Shown: positions 1 to 10,979, counted from the stretch's first letter. The stretch is DNA of 64,000 bases from Bacteroidia bacterium (GCA_020852255.1 JADZBD010000002.1:283531-347530), one strand, 5' to 3'. Notes: generated from the letters alone by a model not told the origin. Translations and numbers: made by a program.

Positions 1-2784
1 ACAATTATCGTAGATAGCATAGAGTGCCTGCAGCGTTGTGCGAATATCATTGAAATCAATTTCCTGTGCATGAAGCGACCGGCCAGATGTCTGTATATGG
101 TACTTCAACATCTGGGAGCGTTCATTGGCTTTATACTTGTTTTTCATGGCCCGCGCCCAGATCCTTCGAGCAACACGTCCAATCACGGAATATTCAGGGT
201 CAATACCGTTGGAGAAGAAAAATGAAAGGTTCGGTGCAAAGTCATTCACATCCATTCCCCGGCTGAGATAATACTCCACATATGTAAAACCATTGGCGAG
301 TGTGAAGGCCAGCTGGGTAACAGGATTCGCACCAGCCTCCGCGATATGGTACCCGGAAATGGAAACAGAATAGAAATTACGGATACTGTTCTCAATGAAA
401 TACTCCTGTACATCCCCCATCAGACGTAATGCAAATTCCGTAGAGAAAATACATGTATTCTGCGCCTGATCTTCCTTCAGAATATCCGCCTGAACTGTAC
501 CGCGTACGGCAGCCAGCGTACATTCTGCGATCTCTTTATACACGGATGCCGGCAACACCTGATCTCCTGTTACACCCAGCAGCATCAGTCCCAGTCCGTC
601 GTTTCCTTCGGGAAGTGGTCCCTGGTAGGCCGGACGGGGCACTCCCTTTTTCTTATAGATCTCCCGGATCTTTTCCTCCACTTCCTTTTCCATTCCCTGC
701 TTACGGATATACAATTCACATTGCTGATCTATTGCCGCATTCATAAAATACGCGGTCATAACCGCAGCCGGACCATTGATGGTCATGCTTACGCTGGTTT
801 TTGGATCTGAAAGATTAAAACCGGAGTATAATTTCTTTGCGTCGTCCAGACAGCAAATGGAAACGCCGCTGTTTCCGATCTTGCCGTAAATATCCGGACG
901 TGTTTCAGGGTCGCGACCATATAGTGTAACTGAATCGAACGCAGTAGATAATCTTTTTGCCGGCATACCCAGAGACACATAATGAAAGCGGCGATTGGTA
1001 CGCTCCGGGCCGCCTTCGCCGGCGAACATGCGTGTAGGATCCTCACCCTCCCGCTTGAAGGGAAAAACGCCTGCCGTATAAGGATACTCTCCGGGCACAT
1101 TCTCCTTCAGGTTCCACCGCAGAATATCTCCCCACCCTGTATAAGAGGGAGTAACCACCTTTGGAATCCGTATATGTGAAAGGGATTCCGTTTGTGTAGA
1201 AACTTTCAGATCCTTTCCCCGTACCTTATAAATAAAAACCTCATCCTTGTACTGTTTACGCTTCGAGGTCCATCCATCAAGGATCTTTCTGCACTCCGGC
1301 AGAAGGACTTCTCTCCGTAGTTCAAGCTGCTCTTTGAGTTTCCGGATCATCCGGTCTTTATCATCCATAGAGGAGCCCGCAAGCGACTGGATAGCTTTTT
1401 CGATTCCGAACAGTTCATCGGCAACTGCGGCCTGCTCTTCAATCCACTGTCGTTCGCTCCTGTTCTGCTCTGATATTTCTGAAAGATACCTTGTACGTCC
1501 GGGCGGAATAATAAAGATCTTTTCGCTTACCTCAGCGGCGGCGGAAAGTTTAGAATTGAAATTTAATCCCGTCTTCTCCGCGATCTTTCCCAGAACGGAA
1601 CGGTAGAGCCTGTTCATTCCCGGGTCGTTAAACTGAGAAGCGATGGTTCCGAATACCGGGAGATTTTCGTCCTCAGCGGCAAAATCCTTCCGGTTGCGTT
1701 TATACTGTTTACGCACATCCCGCAACGCATCCTGAGCACCACGCTTATCAAATTTGTTCAGGGCCACCACATCTGCGAAATCCAGCATATCTATTTTTTC
1801 CAGCTGCGATGCGGCGCCGTATTCTGGTGTCATCACATAAAGGGAAAGATCGCTGTGATCAACAATTTCTGTATCACTCTGTCCAATCCCGGACGTTTCA
1901 AGTATGACCAGATCATACCCTGCTGCTTTAACCACCAATACTGCTTCGTTCACATACTTTGAAAGGGCGAGATTACTCTGGCGGGTAGCCAGTGAGCGCA
2001 TATACACGCGATCGTTGCTGATGGAATTCATACGTATGCGGTCACCCAGAAGAGCCCCTCCGGACTTTTTCCTGGAAGGATCCACCGAAATGATAGCCAC
2101 TGTTTTGTCAGGGAAATCCAGTAAAAACCGGCGAACGAGTTCGTCTACAAGTGAAGATTTCCCGGCGCCTCCTGTTCCGGTAATTCCCAGAACAGGAATT
2201 TTCTTCTTAGCTGCACGAGTCCGCACCTCGTCCAGCATACCCTTTACCTCTCCGGGATAATTTTCGGATGCGGAAATAAGAGAAGCAATGGCTTTGGGAT
2301 CCTTCAATTGAAGATGGTTTACCTCTCCGTTGAGATTCTTTCCGCTAGGAAAATCGCTCTTCTGGAGCAGGTCATTGATCATGCCCTGCAAACCCATTGC
2401 TCTTCCGTCGTCAGGAGAATAAATGCGGGCGATACCATAGGCGTGTAACTCCTTTACTTCAGAAGGCAAAATTGTTCCGCCACCGCCGCCAAAGATCCTG
2501 ATATGTCCGCAGCCTCTTTCCTTCAGCAGATCGTGCATGTATTTAAAAAATTCCATGTGTCCGCCCTGATAGGATGTGATTGCAATGGCCTGCACATCTT
2601 CCTGCACGGCGCAGTCAACAATCTCCTTCACGGAACGATCGTGTCCGAGGTGGATTACCTCCGCTCCGCTGGCCTGAATGATCCTGCGCATCACATTGAT
2701 GGCTGCATCATGTCCGTCGAACAGCGAAGCTGCGGTTACTATTCTGATCTTATTTTTCGGTTGATATACTTCCGTCTGAATCAT
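1..2784 (-). CDS. icmF: Fused isobutyryl-CoA mutase IcmF (B12-binding domain + MeaB-like G-protein + mutase substrate domain). ATG at 2784; the 3' end runs off the window start, so the gene is partial.
   Basis: Reverse-strand translation from 2784 reads [31 protein letters not shown] (DxHxxG cobalamin-binding motif), then [19 protein letters not shown] (MeaB P-loop), then a long methylmalonyl-CoA-mutase-like domain that stays open to position 1 (ends ...[13 protein letters not shown]). The ORF track omits it because no stop falls inside the window. Confidence 0.8.
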   Translation of the reverse strand, partial: MIQTEVYQPKNKIRIVTAASLFDGHDAAINVMRRIIQASGAEVIHLGHDRSVKEIVDCAVQEDVQAIAITSYQGGHMEFFKYMHDLLKERGCGHIRIFGGGGGTILPSEVKELHAYGIARIYSPDDGRAMGLQGMINDLLQKSDFPSGKNLNGEVNHLQLKDPKAIASLISASENYPGEVKGMLDEVRTRAAKKKIPVLGITGTGGAGKSSLVDELVRRFLLDFPDKTVAIISVDPSRKKSGGALLGDRIRMNSISNDRVYMRSLATRQSNLALSKYVNEAVLVVKAAGYDLVILETSGIGQSDTEIVDHSDLSLYVMTPEYGAASQLEKIDMLDFADVVALNKFDKRGAQDALRDVRKQYKRNRKDFAAEDENLPVFGTIASQFNDPGMNRLYRSVLGKIAEKTGLNFNSKLSAAAEVSEKIFIIPPGRTRYLSEISEQNRSERQWIEEQAAVADELFGIEKAIQSLAGSSMDDKDRMIRKLKEQLELRREVLLPECRKILDGWTSKRKQYKDEVFIYKVRGKDLKVSTQTESLSHIRIPKVVTPSYTGWGDILRWNLKENVPGEYPYTAGVFPFKREGEDPTRMFAGEGGPERTNRRFHYVSLGMPAKRLSTAFDSVTLYGRDPETRPDIYGKIGNSGVSICCLDDAKKLYSGFNLSDPKTSVSMTINGPAAVMTAYFMNAAIDQQCELYIRKQGMEKEVEEKIREIYKKKGVPRPAYQGPLPEGNDGLGLMLLGVTGDQVLPASVYKEIAECTLAAVRGTVQADILKEDQAQNTCIFSTEFALRLMGDVQEYFIENSIRNFYSVSISGYHIAEAGANPVTQLAFTLANGFTYVEYYLSRGMDVNDFAPNLSFFFSNGIDPEYSVIGRVARRIWARAMKNKYKANERSQMLKYHIQTSGRSLHAQEIDFNDIRTTLQALYAIYDNC

Positions 2785-2889
2785 ATTCCACTTTAGCTGG
2801 GGATAACCAACAAATTTACCCTTCCTTCAGGTGACCTCCAAAAGAGCAGTGAAAATACTGATAATCAGGGTTATTGCTATCTTTACGGG

Positions 2890-3666
2890 ATGTTTTTTCT
2901 ATTCAGCAAACTGCTTCATTTCCTGATCAGCCCATTTACCTGGATTTTAGGTGTCCTGATATGGGGCATTCTATGCAAAGATCCGTTGCGGAAAAAGAAA
3001 TTATTCCGCTGGACACTGATCCTCTTTCTGTTTTTCTCCAATCCCTTTATACAGGATGAATTCATGCGTGCCTGGGAAGTTCCGGCTATTGCTGATGAAA
3101 AACTAGAAGTACATGATGTAGCAGTTGTATTGGGAGGGATAAGCACGTATGATGGAAAAATTGACCGGATCCAAATGCAGCGGGGGGCCGACAGGCTTAT
3201 TCAGGCCATCCGTTTGTACAAGGAGGGAAAAGTTAAACGCATTTTATTCGCCGGTGGCTCTGGAAGTATACTTCACCAGCACGTGAAGGAAGGAGAGCTG
3301 ATTGGAAGAATGATGAAACATTTAGGGGTACCGGATTCCGTGGTGCTCATTGAAAATGATTCGAAGAACACACATGAAAATGCTGCGGCAACACGGAAAC
3401 TGCTGGACACAAAAAAACCGGGATGGGAAGACCTGGATCTGAAAATACTTCTGGTTACTTCAGCATCTCATATGAACAGGGCAGTTGCTTGTTTCAGAAT
3501 GGAAGGGATGAATGTTACTCCGTATTCAACCGATCGTAATTCAGGAGAACGCAAATGGGAGTTTGATCATTTGTTTATTCCCAATGTGGAAACATTAAGC
3601 AGTTGGGATAAACTTTTCCACGAATGGGTAGGGATGGTGATATATACCGTGATGGGATATGTATAA
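2890..3666 (+). CDS. YdcF/ElyC/SanA (DUF218) family membrane protein
   Basis: N-terminal TM helices, then AVVLGGISTYDGKIDRIQMQRGADRLIQAIRLYKEGKVKRILFAGGSG, the DUF218 core. Divergent from icmF. Confidence 0.6.
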   Translation: MFFLFSKLLHFLISPFTWILGVLIWGILCKDPLRKKKLFRWTLILFLFFSNPFIQDEFMRAWEVPAIADEKLEVHDVAVVLGGISTYDGKIDRIQMQRGADRLIQAIRLYKEGKVKRILFAGGSGSILHQHVKEGELIGRMMKHLGVPDSVVLIENDSKNTHENAAATRKLLDTKKPGWEDLDLKILLVTSASHMNRAVACFRMEGMNVTPYSTDRNSGERKWEFDHLFIPNVETLSSWDKLFHEWVGMVIYTVMGYV

Positions 3667-3727
3667 ACAAGTAAGCGTCTAGATTCAAGAAATACAACTT
3701 TCTCCGTTGACTCTTGATTCGTACGTT

Positions 3728-4729
3728 TTATTGCGGAATTACAATATCCGTCTGCCATTTTGTTGAATCCGGTTCAGCGCCCGGATCCGTGATGTACAAT
3801 TCCCAACGAGGAGCATGAACGTCTTTGCCATTAACCTTCAACCATTCGCTGATTCCCATATGGAAAGGATACATACTCTTATACCCTCCGAAATAGGAGA
3901 CTTTTAAAGCTTTGGTGTGAGTGGTAGAATACGCATTAAATCCCTCATCTGTTTTTACAGGAAGCTTATCTACGATAAAACCAACCTCCATGTCCACTTT
4001 GGTATCCGTGTAGTTCATGTAAATAGCGAACACCGGTCCGGCTTGTTTCGAACCTGCTTTTCCTGCCATGGCACCGATCTTTCCATATGTCTCGCCCAGG
4101 GTTTTAGAAATTTCTGAAGGGGTGCAGGAAACCTTCATCGTCACCACATTCATGGGAGCAGCGTCTACTTCTTCCATGGCAACGGGTGTCCATTTTGGAA
4201 AGCTCTCCACCAAGGTTTTCAAACCGTTCAACGACTTCATAAAATCAGCACCCAACATGGCATCCATATCCACCAGGGCCATCATAGGCCGAAGCATGAA
4301 AGGAGTTTCCATATCCATGTAACAAGTCACTTTCGTTGCGCCTGCAGAATCCTGAAATACCCATCCACCAATACTTTCTCCCATCCCCTCGAAGGTGAGC
4401 TTATATTCAACCAGCTTTCCCGCATCACTCTTCAAGATTTCAATTGAACCCTTTCCTACACTGTCGTTTGTACTTTCCCAAAGATGGATAGCACCAACAC
4501 CTGCATTCGGGCCTTCAAAAGTGGTTTTCATGTTGGGATCAATATTATCCCAGTATGACCACTTGATCCATTGGGTCAGATCATTCACGGGTCCAAAGGT
4601 GGTATTGGGGTCTGATTGAATGAGCAGGGAACGTTCAATATGCATTTTTGAAGGGAGGGTTACAGCCCAAACACACCATCCGGTAAAAATTACCAATGTA
4701 GTGATAATCAGGTATTTAACTACTTTCAT
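3728..4729 (-). CDS. Membrane-anchored SRPBCC (polyketide-cyclase/START-like) plus GyrI-like small-molecule-binding domain protein
   Basis: The track ORF (3728-5101) overlaps the divergent M23 gene. The start at MKVVKYLIITTLVIFTGWCVW (ATG 4729) is followed by a TM helix and is preferred. The fold assignment rests on an overall beta-rich SRPBCC/GyrI-like pattern only. Confidence 0.45.
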   Translation of the reverse strand: MKVVKYLIITTLVIFTGWCVWAVTLPSKMHIERSLLIQSDPNTTFGPVNDLTQWIKWSYWDNIDPNMKTTFEGPNAGVGAIHLWESTNDSVGKGSIEILKSDAGKLVEYKLTFEGMGESIGGWVFQDSAGATKVTCYMDMETPFMLRPMMALVDMDAMLGADFMKSLNGLKTLVESFPKWTPVAMEEVDAAPMNVVTMKVSCTPSEISKTLGETYGKIGAMAGKAGSKQAGPVFAIYMNYTDTKVDMEVGFIVDKLPVKTDEGFNAYSTTHTKALKVSYFGGYKSMYPFHMGISEWLKVNGKDVHAPRWELYITDPGAEPDSTKWQTDIVIPQ

Positions 4730-4817
4730 GAGGGTCTTTTTAATTTCTCCAAAGGTATAAGAATGGTGAATATTCCTTGGATTTCCGCTTGATTTTTTTA
4801 GTTTAGCACTCCTCATT

Positions 4818-5837
4818 ATGAAGACCAGGAATCTCATAGTGCTACTCCCCTTCTTTTTAGGGCTGGTATTCGCCGGTCCTGCCTCGGGTATGGCGGTTAG
4901 TAATGTGGATACACTGCCTCTGCGCGAAGTAATCCGCACGAATAACCTGGAACTTGTGTCGAAGATGAGCGATGAGCAGTTAGTAGTCCTGATTGATCTG
5001 CTTTTTGAACTGGACTCGATACCGGTAGACCTGGCGGCCGAGATAGGAAGAACAGTCAAGTCACGCAGATCATCAGACCCTGCGCCACTGACGGTTGTCA
5101 AGCCTGTAAGTCTGCAACTATATGAAAGTTCAACGCCTGCGTCAGAATATTACACGGTTTTTGATTCGAAACATCTTGTTCCCATCGAGGACAGCTGGAA
5201 AAAATCCGATACGGGATTTGTTATCAATATGTATCCTGAGGGACATGAGGAATTCTTCATGCCCACTTGTGCCATCGTTTCTTCACCTTTCGGATGGAGG
5301 GGCGATACGGCAATGCACAACGGCATTGATCTTGACCTGAACCGGGGTGATCCTGTGGTGGCAGCCTGGGATGGTATTGTGCGCATGTGCGGCCGGCATG
5401 GTAACTACGGTAATCTTGTGGTGGTGCGGCATTACAATGGACTGGAAACAGTGTATGCGCACTTACATAAGATCAGGGTGAAAGTAGGTATGCAGGTAAA
5501 AGCCGGGCAGGCGGTAGGATTAGGTGGAAGCACAGGGCGATCTACGGGTTCACATCTTCATTTTGAGGTACGTTTTAAGGGGCAGCCGATCAATCCAAAA
5601 TACTTCATTTCATTCCGTTCGGAAAAGCCAATTGGAATGTACATGGTCATCCGGAAAACCCGTAATGGTATGTGTGCCTATCCGCTGGGAGTCGAATACC
5701 ACACAGCCGAAAAAGGAGATAATATTTTTGAGATCGCGAAGCGGTACGGAAAAACCGTGAAGGATATTAAAGAGTTGAACGGAATGAGTGGCAAGAGTTA
5801 TAAGATCAAGCCGGGTATGAAGGTAAGAGTGAGTTAA
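4818..5837 (+). CDS. M23 family metallopeptidase with C-terminal LysM domain
   Basis: Signal peptide MKTRNLIVLLPFFLGLVFA. M23 motifs HNGIDL and GSTGRSTGSHLHFEVRFKGQPINP. LysM at the C-terminus (YHTAEKGDNIFEIAKRYGKTVKDIKELNGM). Confidence 0.8.
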   Translation: MKTRNLIVLLPFFLGLVFAGPASGMAVSNVDTLPLREVIRTNNLELVSKMSDEQLVVLIDLLFELDSIPVDLAAEIGRTVKSRRSSDPAPLTVVKPVSLQLYESSTPASEYYTVFDSKHLVPIEDSWKKSDTGFVINMYPEGHEEFFMPTCAIVSSPFGWRGDTAMHNGIDLDLNRGDPVVAAWDGIVRMCGRHGNYGNLVVVRHYNGLETVYAHLHKIRVKVGMQVKAGQAVGLGGSTGRSTGSHLHFEVRFKGQPINPKYFISFRSEKPIGMYMVIRKTRNGMCAYPLGVEYHTAEKGDNIFEIAKRYGKTVKDIKELNGMSGKSYKIKPGMKVRVS

Positions 5838-6274
5838 GGATTCAACAGCTTTTTAACCATTTCTGATATTGCCTTCCCATCCGTTTTTCCTGCAAGAGCT
5901 TTGGTAGCTTGTCCCATCACCTTCCCCATGTCACCTGGACCTTTGGCCCCCACTGCTTCGATGATTTTCTGAAGTTCCGCCTTCAACGCATCCGGACTCA
6001 TTTGCGCCGGAAGAAAGGCTTCAATCACTGAAGCCTGAAACAACTCCACTTCTTCCAGGTCCTTCCTGTTCTGAGAGGAGTAAATCTCTGCCGTTTCCTT
6101 GCGTTGCTTGACCATCTTTTGAAGGGCTTTCAATTCCGTTTCCTGAGTATACCCTTCAGGGGAAGTCTTAAGCAGCAGGATGGCAGATTTAATTCCCCGG
6201 AGTGCTTCGAGCTTTCTGGCATCTTTGGCAAGCATGGCCGCCTTTATATCAGCGTTGATCTTTTCCTCTAACAT
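5834..6274 (-). CDS. GatB/YqeY domain protein
   Basis: MLEEKINADIKAAMLAKDARKLEALRGIKSAILL... is the typical YqeY N-terminus. The internal Met at 6274 is preferred over the track start at 6343. Confidence 0.7.
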   Translation of the reverse strand: MLEEKINADIKAAMLAKDARKLEALRGIKSAILLLKTSPEGYTQETELKALQKMVKQRKETAEIYSSQNRKDLEEVELFQASVIEAFLPAQMSPDALKAELQKIIEAVGAKGPGDMGKVMGQATKALAGKTDGKAISEMVKKLLNP

Positions 6275-6296
6275 ATTTCTGTGTTTGGGAACAAAT

Positions 6297-6333
6297 ATAA
6301 AAAAAGTAGGGAGGCCCGAAGCTGCCCCCCTAC
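6297..6333 (-). terminator. Rho-independent terminator downstream of ftsZ
   Basis: On the minus strand: GUAGGGGGG-CAGCUUCGGG-CCUCCCUAC (9-bp stem with one G-U pair) followed by U7. Confidence 0.6.
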
Positions 6334-6354
6334 TCGACTGCATTCTAATCTAAA

Positions 6355-8829
6355 CTAATCTACATTGTCGTGAAGGAAAGAATTGTTCGGTTTAATCTCG
6401 ATCTTCTTGTCCTCCCCTTCACTCAGGGTATATCTGCTAACGTTGGATTCCGACGAATGTTGCTGGTTATCGAGGTTCACGCCACGACGCTTGTAAGCAG
6501 GCTCGTTTTCCAGTTCGGCCAATCCGTTCGGTGATTTAAGCTTATAGCTCAGTTCCTTCAAGCGCTGGATACGTTCCTGCGCTTTTTTGATCTGACTGTT
6601 GCTGGCCATGGTTTCTTCCGATTTTTCTTCGGCAACCACTTCATCCTGCTTTTTCTGCTCTATGGTGAGCACCGGCGGCTGAATTTCTTCCTTTCGCATC
6701 TCCACTACCGGGGTTTCATCCACAGGTGTTTCCGTTACCCCGGCTTCCGGGGATGCGGTCACCTCCGCTACCGGCGTTTCCTCAGCGGGAATTTCTGCAA
6801 CCGGTTCAGAACTGATTTCCATAACCGGCTCCTCCCGGATTTCTTCGGCGCTAAAGTCCAGTGTAATTTCCACTTCCTTCTTCTCTACCTCCGATTCTAC
6901 TGAAAAGGCATCCGGTTCTACACAAAGGGGCGCCGTTTCCTGCTCCAGCATTTCTTCCAAAGACGATACTTCATCTGTCGTTTCAGGATGCGTCTCCGCG
7001 GTGAACAAGTCCGATTCCGGTGAATTGTGTTCTTCTATTTCGGGGGTCTCCTCGGAAATAAAGGTTTCATTTTCAAAAAGCGACTCCTGCTCCACCTCAG
7101 CCGCAGGTACTTCTGTGATCATTTCCACCTCGGGAGTGGTATTCTCCTCTGTATTCATTAGGACAGGAATTTCCTCCACCGCGGTCACTTCCTCCTCCAC
7201 TTCCGTTACTTCCTCTATTACCGCGGTTACTTCCTCCATTACAGGAGTCTGCACTTCCATCATTGGTGTTTCCTCCGGATGGGTTGTCTCTTCCAGGGCA
7301 GTGATCTCCTCCTCTGCATGGATCACTTCAGAAACAGGTAACTCTTCCAAAACCGGGGTTTCCTCCAACAAAGGTGTTTCTGCCACCGGGCTGATCTGGA
7401 CCTCAGCAGTTATCTCCGCTACCGGAGCTTCCACAACAGGAATTTCCGCCACGGGTGTAATCACTTCAAACTGCTCCTCCGTTTTCACCTCCTCCTCTGC
7501 CAGGGGGGCAACATTTACCCATCCGGACGGAGCAGGAATAGATTCCTCCACCGGGGAAGAAAGAAAGTCAGAAGAATAAAGATCTGATTCCTCCTCTTTA
7601 ACTTCCTCCACAGCGGCAACCTCTTCTACGTTTCTGATAACAAGTACCGGCTCCAGGAGGCGATCTTTTTCCTCACGGGAAAGGTTGCTGAAGGTCTTAT
7701 TCTCATCGGTTCTGAGATCCGATTTTACCTCCATACTCCCTTTCAATACCGGCTCATCCGCGCTATGATCTGCAACAGGAGGAGCCACACAATTCATTTC
7801 GGATGTGCTTTCGTTCAGATCCAGCACTTTTTTCTCCGGCTTCTTGTGGGTTTCATATCCCAGCAGGGGACGGGAATGGAATCCGGTGGCAATAATGGTC
7901 ACATTCACCGAATCGCCGAGTGAATCATCCACACCATATCCGATTTTAATATCTGCATTTGTTCCGGTAGAATCCTGGATAAAATCCGTAATCTCTCCCA
8001 GTTCATCCATTGTGAGTTCCTTGGTACCGGAGGTGATATCAATGAGAACAAACTTGGCACCTGTGATTTCATTATCGTTCAGCAGCGGAGAATTCATTGC
8101 GACCTCCACGGCTCGAATAGCCCGGTTTTCCCCGGCCGCACTGCCTGTTCCCATCAGAGCAACACCGCTGTTCTTCATCGCAGTATGAACGTCGTTAAAG
8201 TCTACGTTCATATGCTTGGTATGGGAAATCAGTTCAGCGATACTCTTGGCAGCATTGGCCAGTACATTATCGGCCTGGGCAAAAGATTCACGCACGCCAA
8301 GGTTTCCGTAGATCTCTCTTAGCTTGTCGTTGGTAATCACCAGCAGACAGTCTACATGCTTTTTCAGTTCCTCGATCCCCAGTTCCGCCTGTTTCCGTTT
8401 ATTTTTCCCTTCGAAAGAGAAAGGAAGTGTTGCAATTCCCACGGTAAGCACGCCCATTTCGCGGGCGGTCTGGGCGATGATCGGAGCCCCTCCTGTGCCC
8501 GTGCCCCCACCCATGCCGGCGGTAATGAACACCATCTTTGTGCCCTTGGAAAGAAAATCTTTGATCTGATCCAGGCTTTCTATGGCTGATTTCATACCGA
8601 TCTCAGGAAGAGATCCTGCGCCGAGGCCCTGGGTAAGGGCTTTGCCCAATTGTACCTTTATGGGAACGGGACTGGACTCCAGTGCTTTAATATCGGTATT
8701 ACACACAATAAAATCCACCCCTTTGATACCGAGGCGAAACATGTGGTTTACTGCGTTTCCTCCTCCGCCACCAACGCCGATGACCTTGATAATGGAGAGG
8801 AGTTCTTTTGGAATGTCGAAGCGCATCAT
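6355..8829 (-). CDS. ftsZ: Cell division GTPase FtsZ with very long acidic C-terminal linker (824 aa)
   Basis: N-terminus IKVIGVGGGGGNAVNHM plus tubulin signature GGGTGTG. The core ends near aa 330, followed by roughly 450 aa of E/V/T/P/A-rich low complexity and a short conserved tail. Confidence 0.95.
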   Translation of the reverse strand: MMRFDIPKELLSIIKVIGVGGGGGNAVNHMFRLGIKGVDFIVCNTDIKALESSPVPIKVQLGKALTQGLGAGSLPEIGMKSAIESLDQIKDFLSKGTKMVFITAGMGGGTGTGGAPIIAQTAREMGVLTVGIATLPFSFEGKNKRKQAELGIEELKKHVDCLLVITNDKLREIYGNLGVRESFAQADNVLANAAKSIAELISHTKHMNVDFNDVHTAMKNSGVALMGTGSAAGENRAIRAVEVAMNSPLLNDNEITGAKFVLIDITSGTKELTMDELGEITDFIQDSTGTNADIKIGYGVDDSLGDSVNVTIIATGFHSRPLLGYETHKKPEKKVLDLNESTSEMNCVAPPVADHSADEPVLKGSMEVKSDLRTDENKTFSNLSREEKDRLLEPVLVIRNVEEVAAVEEVKEEESDLYSSDFLSSPVEESIPAPSGWVNVAPLAEEEVKTEEQFEVITPVAEIPVVEAPVAEITAEVQISPVAETPLLEETPVLEELPVSEVIHAEEEITALEETTHPEETPMMEVQTPVMEEVTAVIEEVTEVEEEVTAVEEIPVLMNTEENTTPEVEMITEVPAAEVEQESLFENETFISEETPEIEEHNSPESDLFTAETHPETTDEVSSLEEMLEQETAPLCVEPDAFSVESEVEKKEVEITLDFSAEEIREEPVMEISSEPVAEIPAEETPVAEVTASPEAGVTETPVDETPVVEMRKEEIQPPVLTIEQKKQDEVVAEEKSEETMASNSQIKKAQERIQRLKELSYKLKSPNGLAELENEPAYKRRGVNLDNQQHSSESNVSRYTLSEGEDKKIEIKPNNSFLHDNVD

Positions 8830-8911
8830 GGATAAGTTTTGGTTAAAATTAAGTGAAGCCCGTCCGCGCTTTGCGCTGGGCTACACCAACTTATCCACGT
8901 TGAATTGTGAA

Positions 8912-10183
8912 TTACTCCCGGGCCGCGTCGTCCTCAAACCACTCTTTCCCGCGAAGAAAAAACCGCTCAATTAAATTGCCGGCCCGCTTCGTGGTATGGG
9001 TAGCAATTTTCTCCTTTCTACGGGTAGTATCCTGCTCCACCGCTTCCAGCCCTTTAATCACAAGTCCCACCCCGGTGGCGTACATTGGACTGGTAACCTC
9101 CTCCACGCTTTTGGCCAGGTGTTCATTAGGATAACCAATACGGGTATCCATTCCGGTGATATACTCAATAAGCTGTGTGATGTGCTTCAGTTGCGCTCCG
9201 CCGCCGGTTACCACTATACCTCCTGCCAGTTTCTTCTCGTACCCGCTGTTTTTGATCTCATAATAAACATGCTCGATGATCTCCTCCATTCTGGCCTGTA
9301 TGATATGTGCCAGGTTTTTAACTGAGATTTCCTTAGGTTCCCTTCCGCGTAACCCGGGAATGGAAACGATCTCATTTTCCTGGGTTTCGTTGGCAAAACA
9401 AGAGCCGAATTTCACCTTCAGCAGCTCTGCCTGACGGTGAATGATAGAGCAGCCTTCTTTAATATCTTCCGTAATCACATTACCCCCAAATGGAATAACG
9501 GCAGTATGGCGGATAATGCCATCGTAGAAGATCGCTATATCCGTGGTACCACCTCCGATGTCTACCAGCACGATTCCGGCCTCCTTTTCTTCCTCGCTCA
9601 GCACGGCAGAGGCCGAGGCCAGCGGTTCAAGAACCAGTCCTACTGTTTCCAGCCCCGCCTTGGCAATGCACTTGACAATATTGTTCATGGCAGCAACCTG
9701 ACCGGTGATAATATGAAAATTAGCCTCCAGGCGGATTCCAGACATTCCGATGGGATCTTTAATTCCCTGCTCACTATCCACAATATACTCCTGCGGAAGT
9801 ACATGCAGTATCTGCTCGCCCGGTAGCATTACGAGGCGGTACATATCCTCTATTAAAGCATTAATATCCTTCTGGTTAATCTCATCCTCCAGACTCTTCC
9901 GGGTATAAATTCCCCGGTGCTGCAGACTTTTAATGTGCTGCCCTGCAATTCCAACCATTACGGTTGTTATATCTACACATGCACGATCTGAAGCTTCCTG
10001 GATGGCTGCACGGATAGCAATAACCGTTTTCTCAATATTGACCACCACGCCGCGCATAACGCCTTGTGAATCGCTCTTCCCCATACCGAGAATTTCGATC
10101 TTCCCGAATTCATTTTTGCGCCCCACAATGGCGGCAATCTTGGTGGTTCCGATGTCTAATCCGACTATGATCTCTGATTCCAT
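8912..10183 (-). CDS. ftsA: Cell division protein FtsA
   Basis: Actin-like ATPase motifs: IVGLDIGTTKIAAIVG and VLVDIGGGTTDIAIF. Start chosen at MESEIIVGLDIG; the track start at 10207 is also possible. Confidence 0.9.
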   Translation of the reverse strand: MESEIIVGLDIGTTKIAAIVGRKNEFGKIEILGMGKSDSQGVMRGVVVNIEKTVIAIRAAIQEASDRACVDITTVMVGIAGQHIKSLQHRGIYTRKSLEDEINQKDINALIEDMYRLVMLPGEQILHVLPQEYIVDSEQGIKDPIGMSGIRLEANFHIITGQVAAMNNIVKCIAKAGLETVGLVLEPLASASAVLSEEEKEAGIVLVDIGGGTTDIAIFYDGIIRHTAVIPFGGNVITEDIKEGCSIIHRQAELLKVKFGSCFANETQENEIVSIPGLRGREPKEISVKNLAHIIQARMEEIIEHVYYEIKNSGYEKKLAGGIVVTGGGAQLKHITQLIEYITGMDTRIGYPNEHLAKSVEEVTSPMYATGVGLVIKGLEAVEQDTTRRKEKIATHTTKRAGNLIERFFLRGKEWFEDDAARE

Positions 10184-10184
10184 A

Positions 10185-10979
10185 TCATTCTGTTTTAGAA
10201 CAAACAATCTGATTTTTAAATTTCAGCTGGATGGTATCGTATTGGTTCCATCCTGTATGATTTAACCCTTCCGTGTAAAAGATACGGAGTTTATCCAGTT
10301 TCTGTTTCATTTCTGAGGTATCTCCCATCATGATCCGGTGATCGCCGGCCCGCGGAATCAACTCAAATTCCATTTGCGCATTCACATAAATCTGCTCGAA
10401 CTGAGCCGCCCACAAAGAATCGCTGTCCAGATATCTGACCAGATGATATACCTCATCCAATATCGTGGTTTCCAGGTCTTTACCTCCATCAGCGAAAGCA
10501 AAATTAAAATGTGAGTTAAAGCATTCGCTGATCTCTCCATTGACCAGAATCACCCTCGGGGTAAAGCCGGGTGACCAGTTCATCATGTGTCCATTCCGGT
10601 CGAGGTAAAAAGTTTCTCCGTTTTTATTCATGACACGCGCCAGGGGGTCCTTCTGAATGATATCAATCCGCAGTTTTCCGTTGATGCTCATATATACCTC
10701 AGCGCTTTCAACCCAGGGATTGGTATTCACCAACATTTCCAGTCGGGGCACACTGATGCTGCCCAGGGGCATTCCCTCCAGTGCATCGCCGTTACTCCTG
10801 ATCAGCTCGCGAATGGCATCTTCTTCCACAAGATAATTTTCTCCATTTCGAAGAATATTGATCTCCACTTCACTGCAAAGCAGGCGCTCTTCCTCTGCTG
10901 AGGCAAAACCCAGCAACACCAGAATTCCTGCTCCCAGCAGGCTCCAGCATACAGCATAAATAATCCGTCTTAATTTCAC
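10185..10979 (-). CDS. ftsQ: Cell division protein FtsQ (POTRA domain)
   Basis: Single N-terminal TM helix, about 260 aa, sits between murC and ftsA. Confidence 0.75.
   Translation of the reverse strand: MKLRRIIYAVCWSLLGAGILVLLGFASAEEERLLCSEVEINILRNGENYLVEEDAIRELIRSNGDALEGMPLGSISVPRLEMLVNTNPWVESAEVYMSINGKLRIDIIQKDPLARVMNKNGETFYLDRNGHMMNWSPGFTPRVILVNGEISECFNSHFNFAFADGGKDLETTILDEVYHLVRYLDSDSLWAAQFEQIYVNAQMEFELIPRAGDHRIMMGDTSEMKQKLDKLRIFYTEGLNHTGWNQYDTIQLKFKNQIVCSKTE

Noticed and set aside
3728-5101. 457-aa version of the minus-strand SRPBCC ORF
   Set aside because: The N-terminal 123 codons overlap the divergent M23 peptidase gene. The internal start at 4729 gives a protein beginning with a TM helix and leaves an 88-bp divergent promoter region.
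7001-7579. 192-aa S/T-rich plus-strand ORF inside ftsZ
   Set aside because: It is the antisense reading of the FtsZ acidic low-complexity linker, where GAA/GAG-rich codons read as Ser/Thr-rich on the other strand, and it overlaps a well-supported gene.
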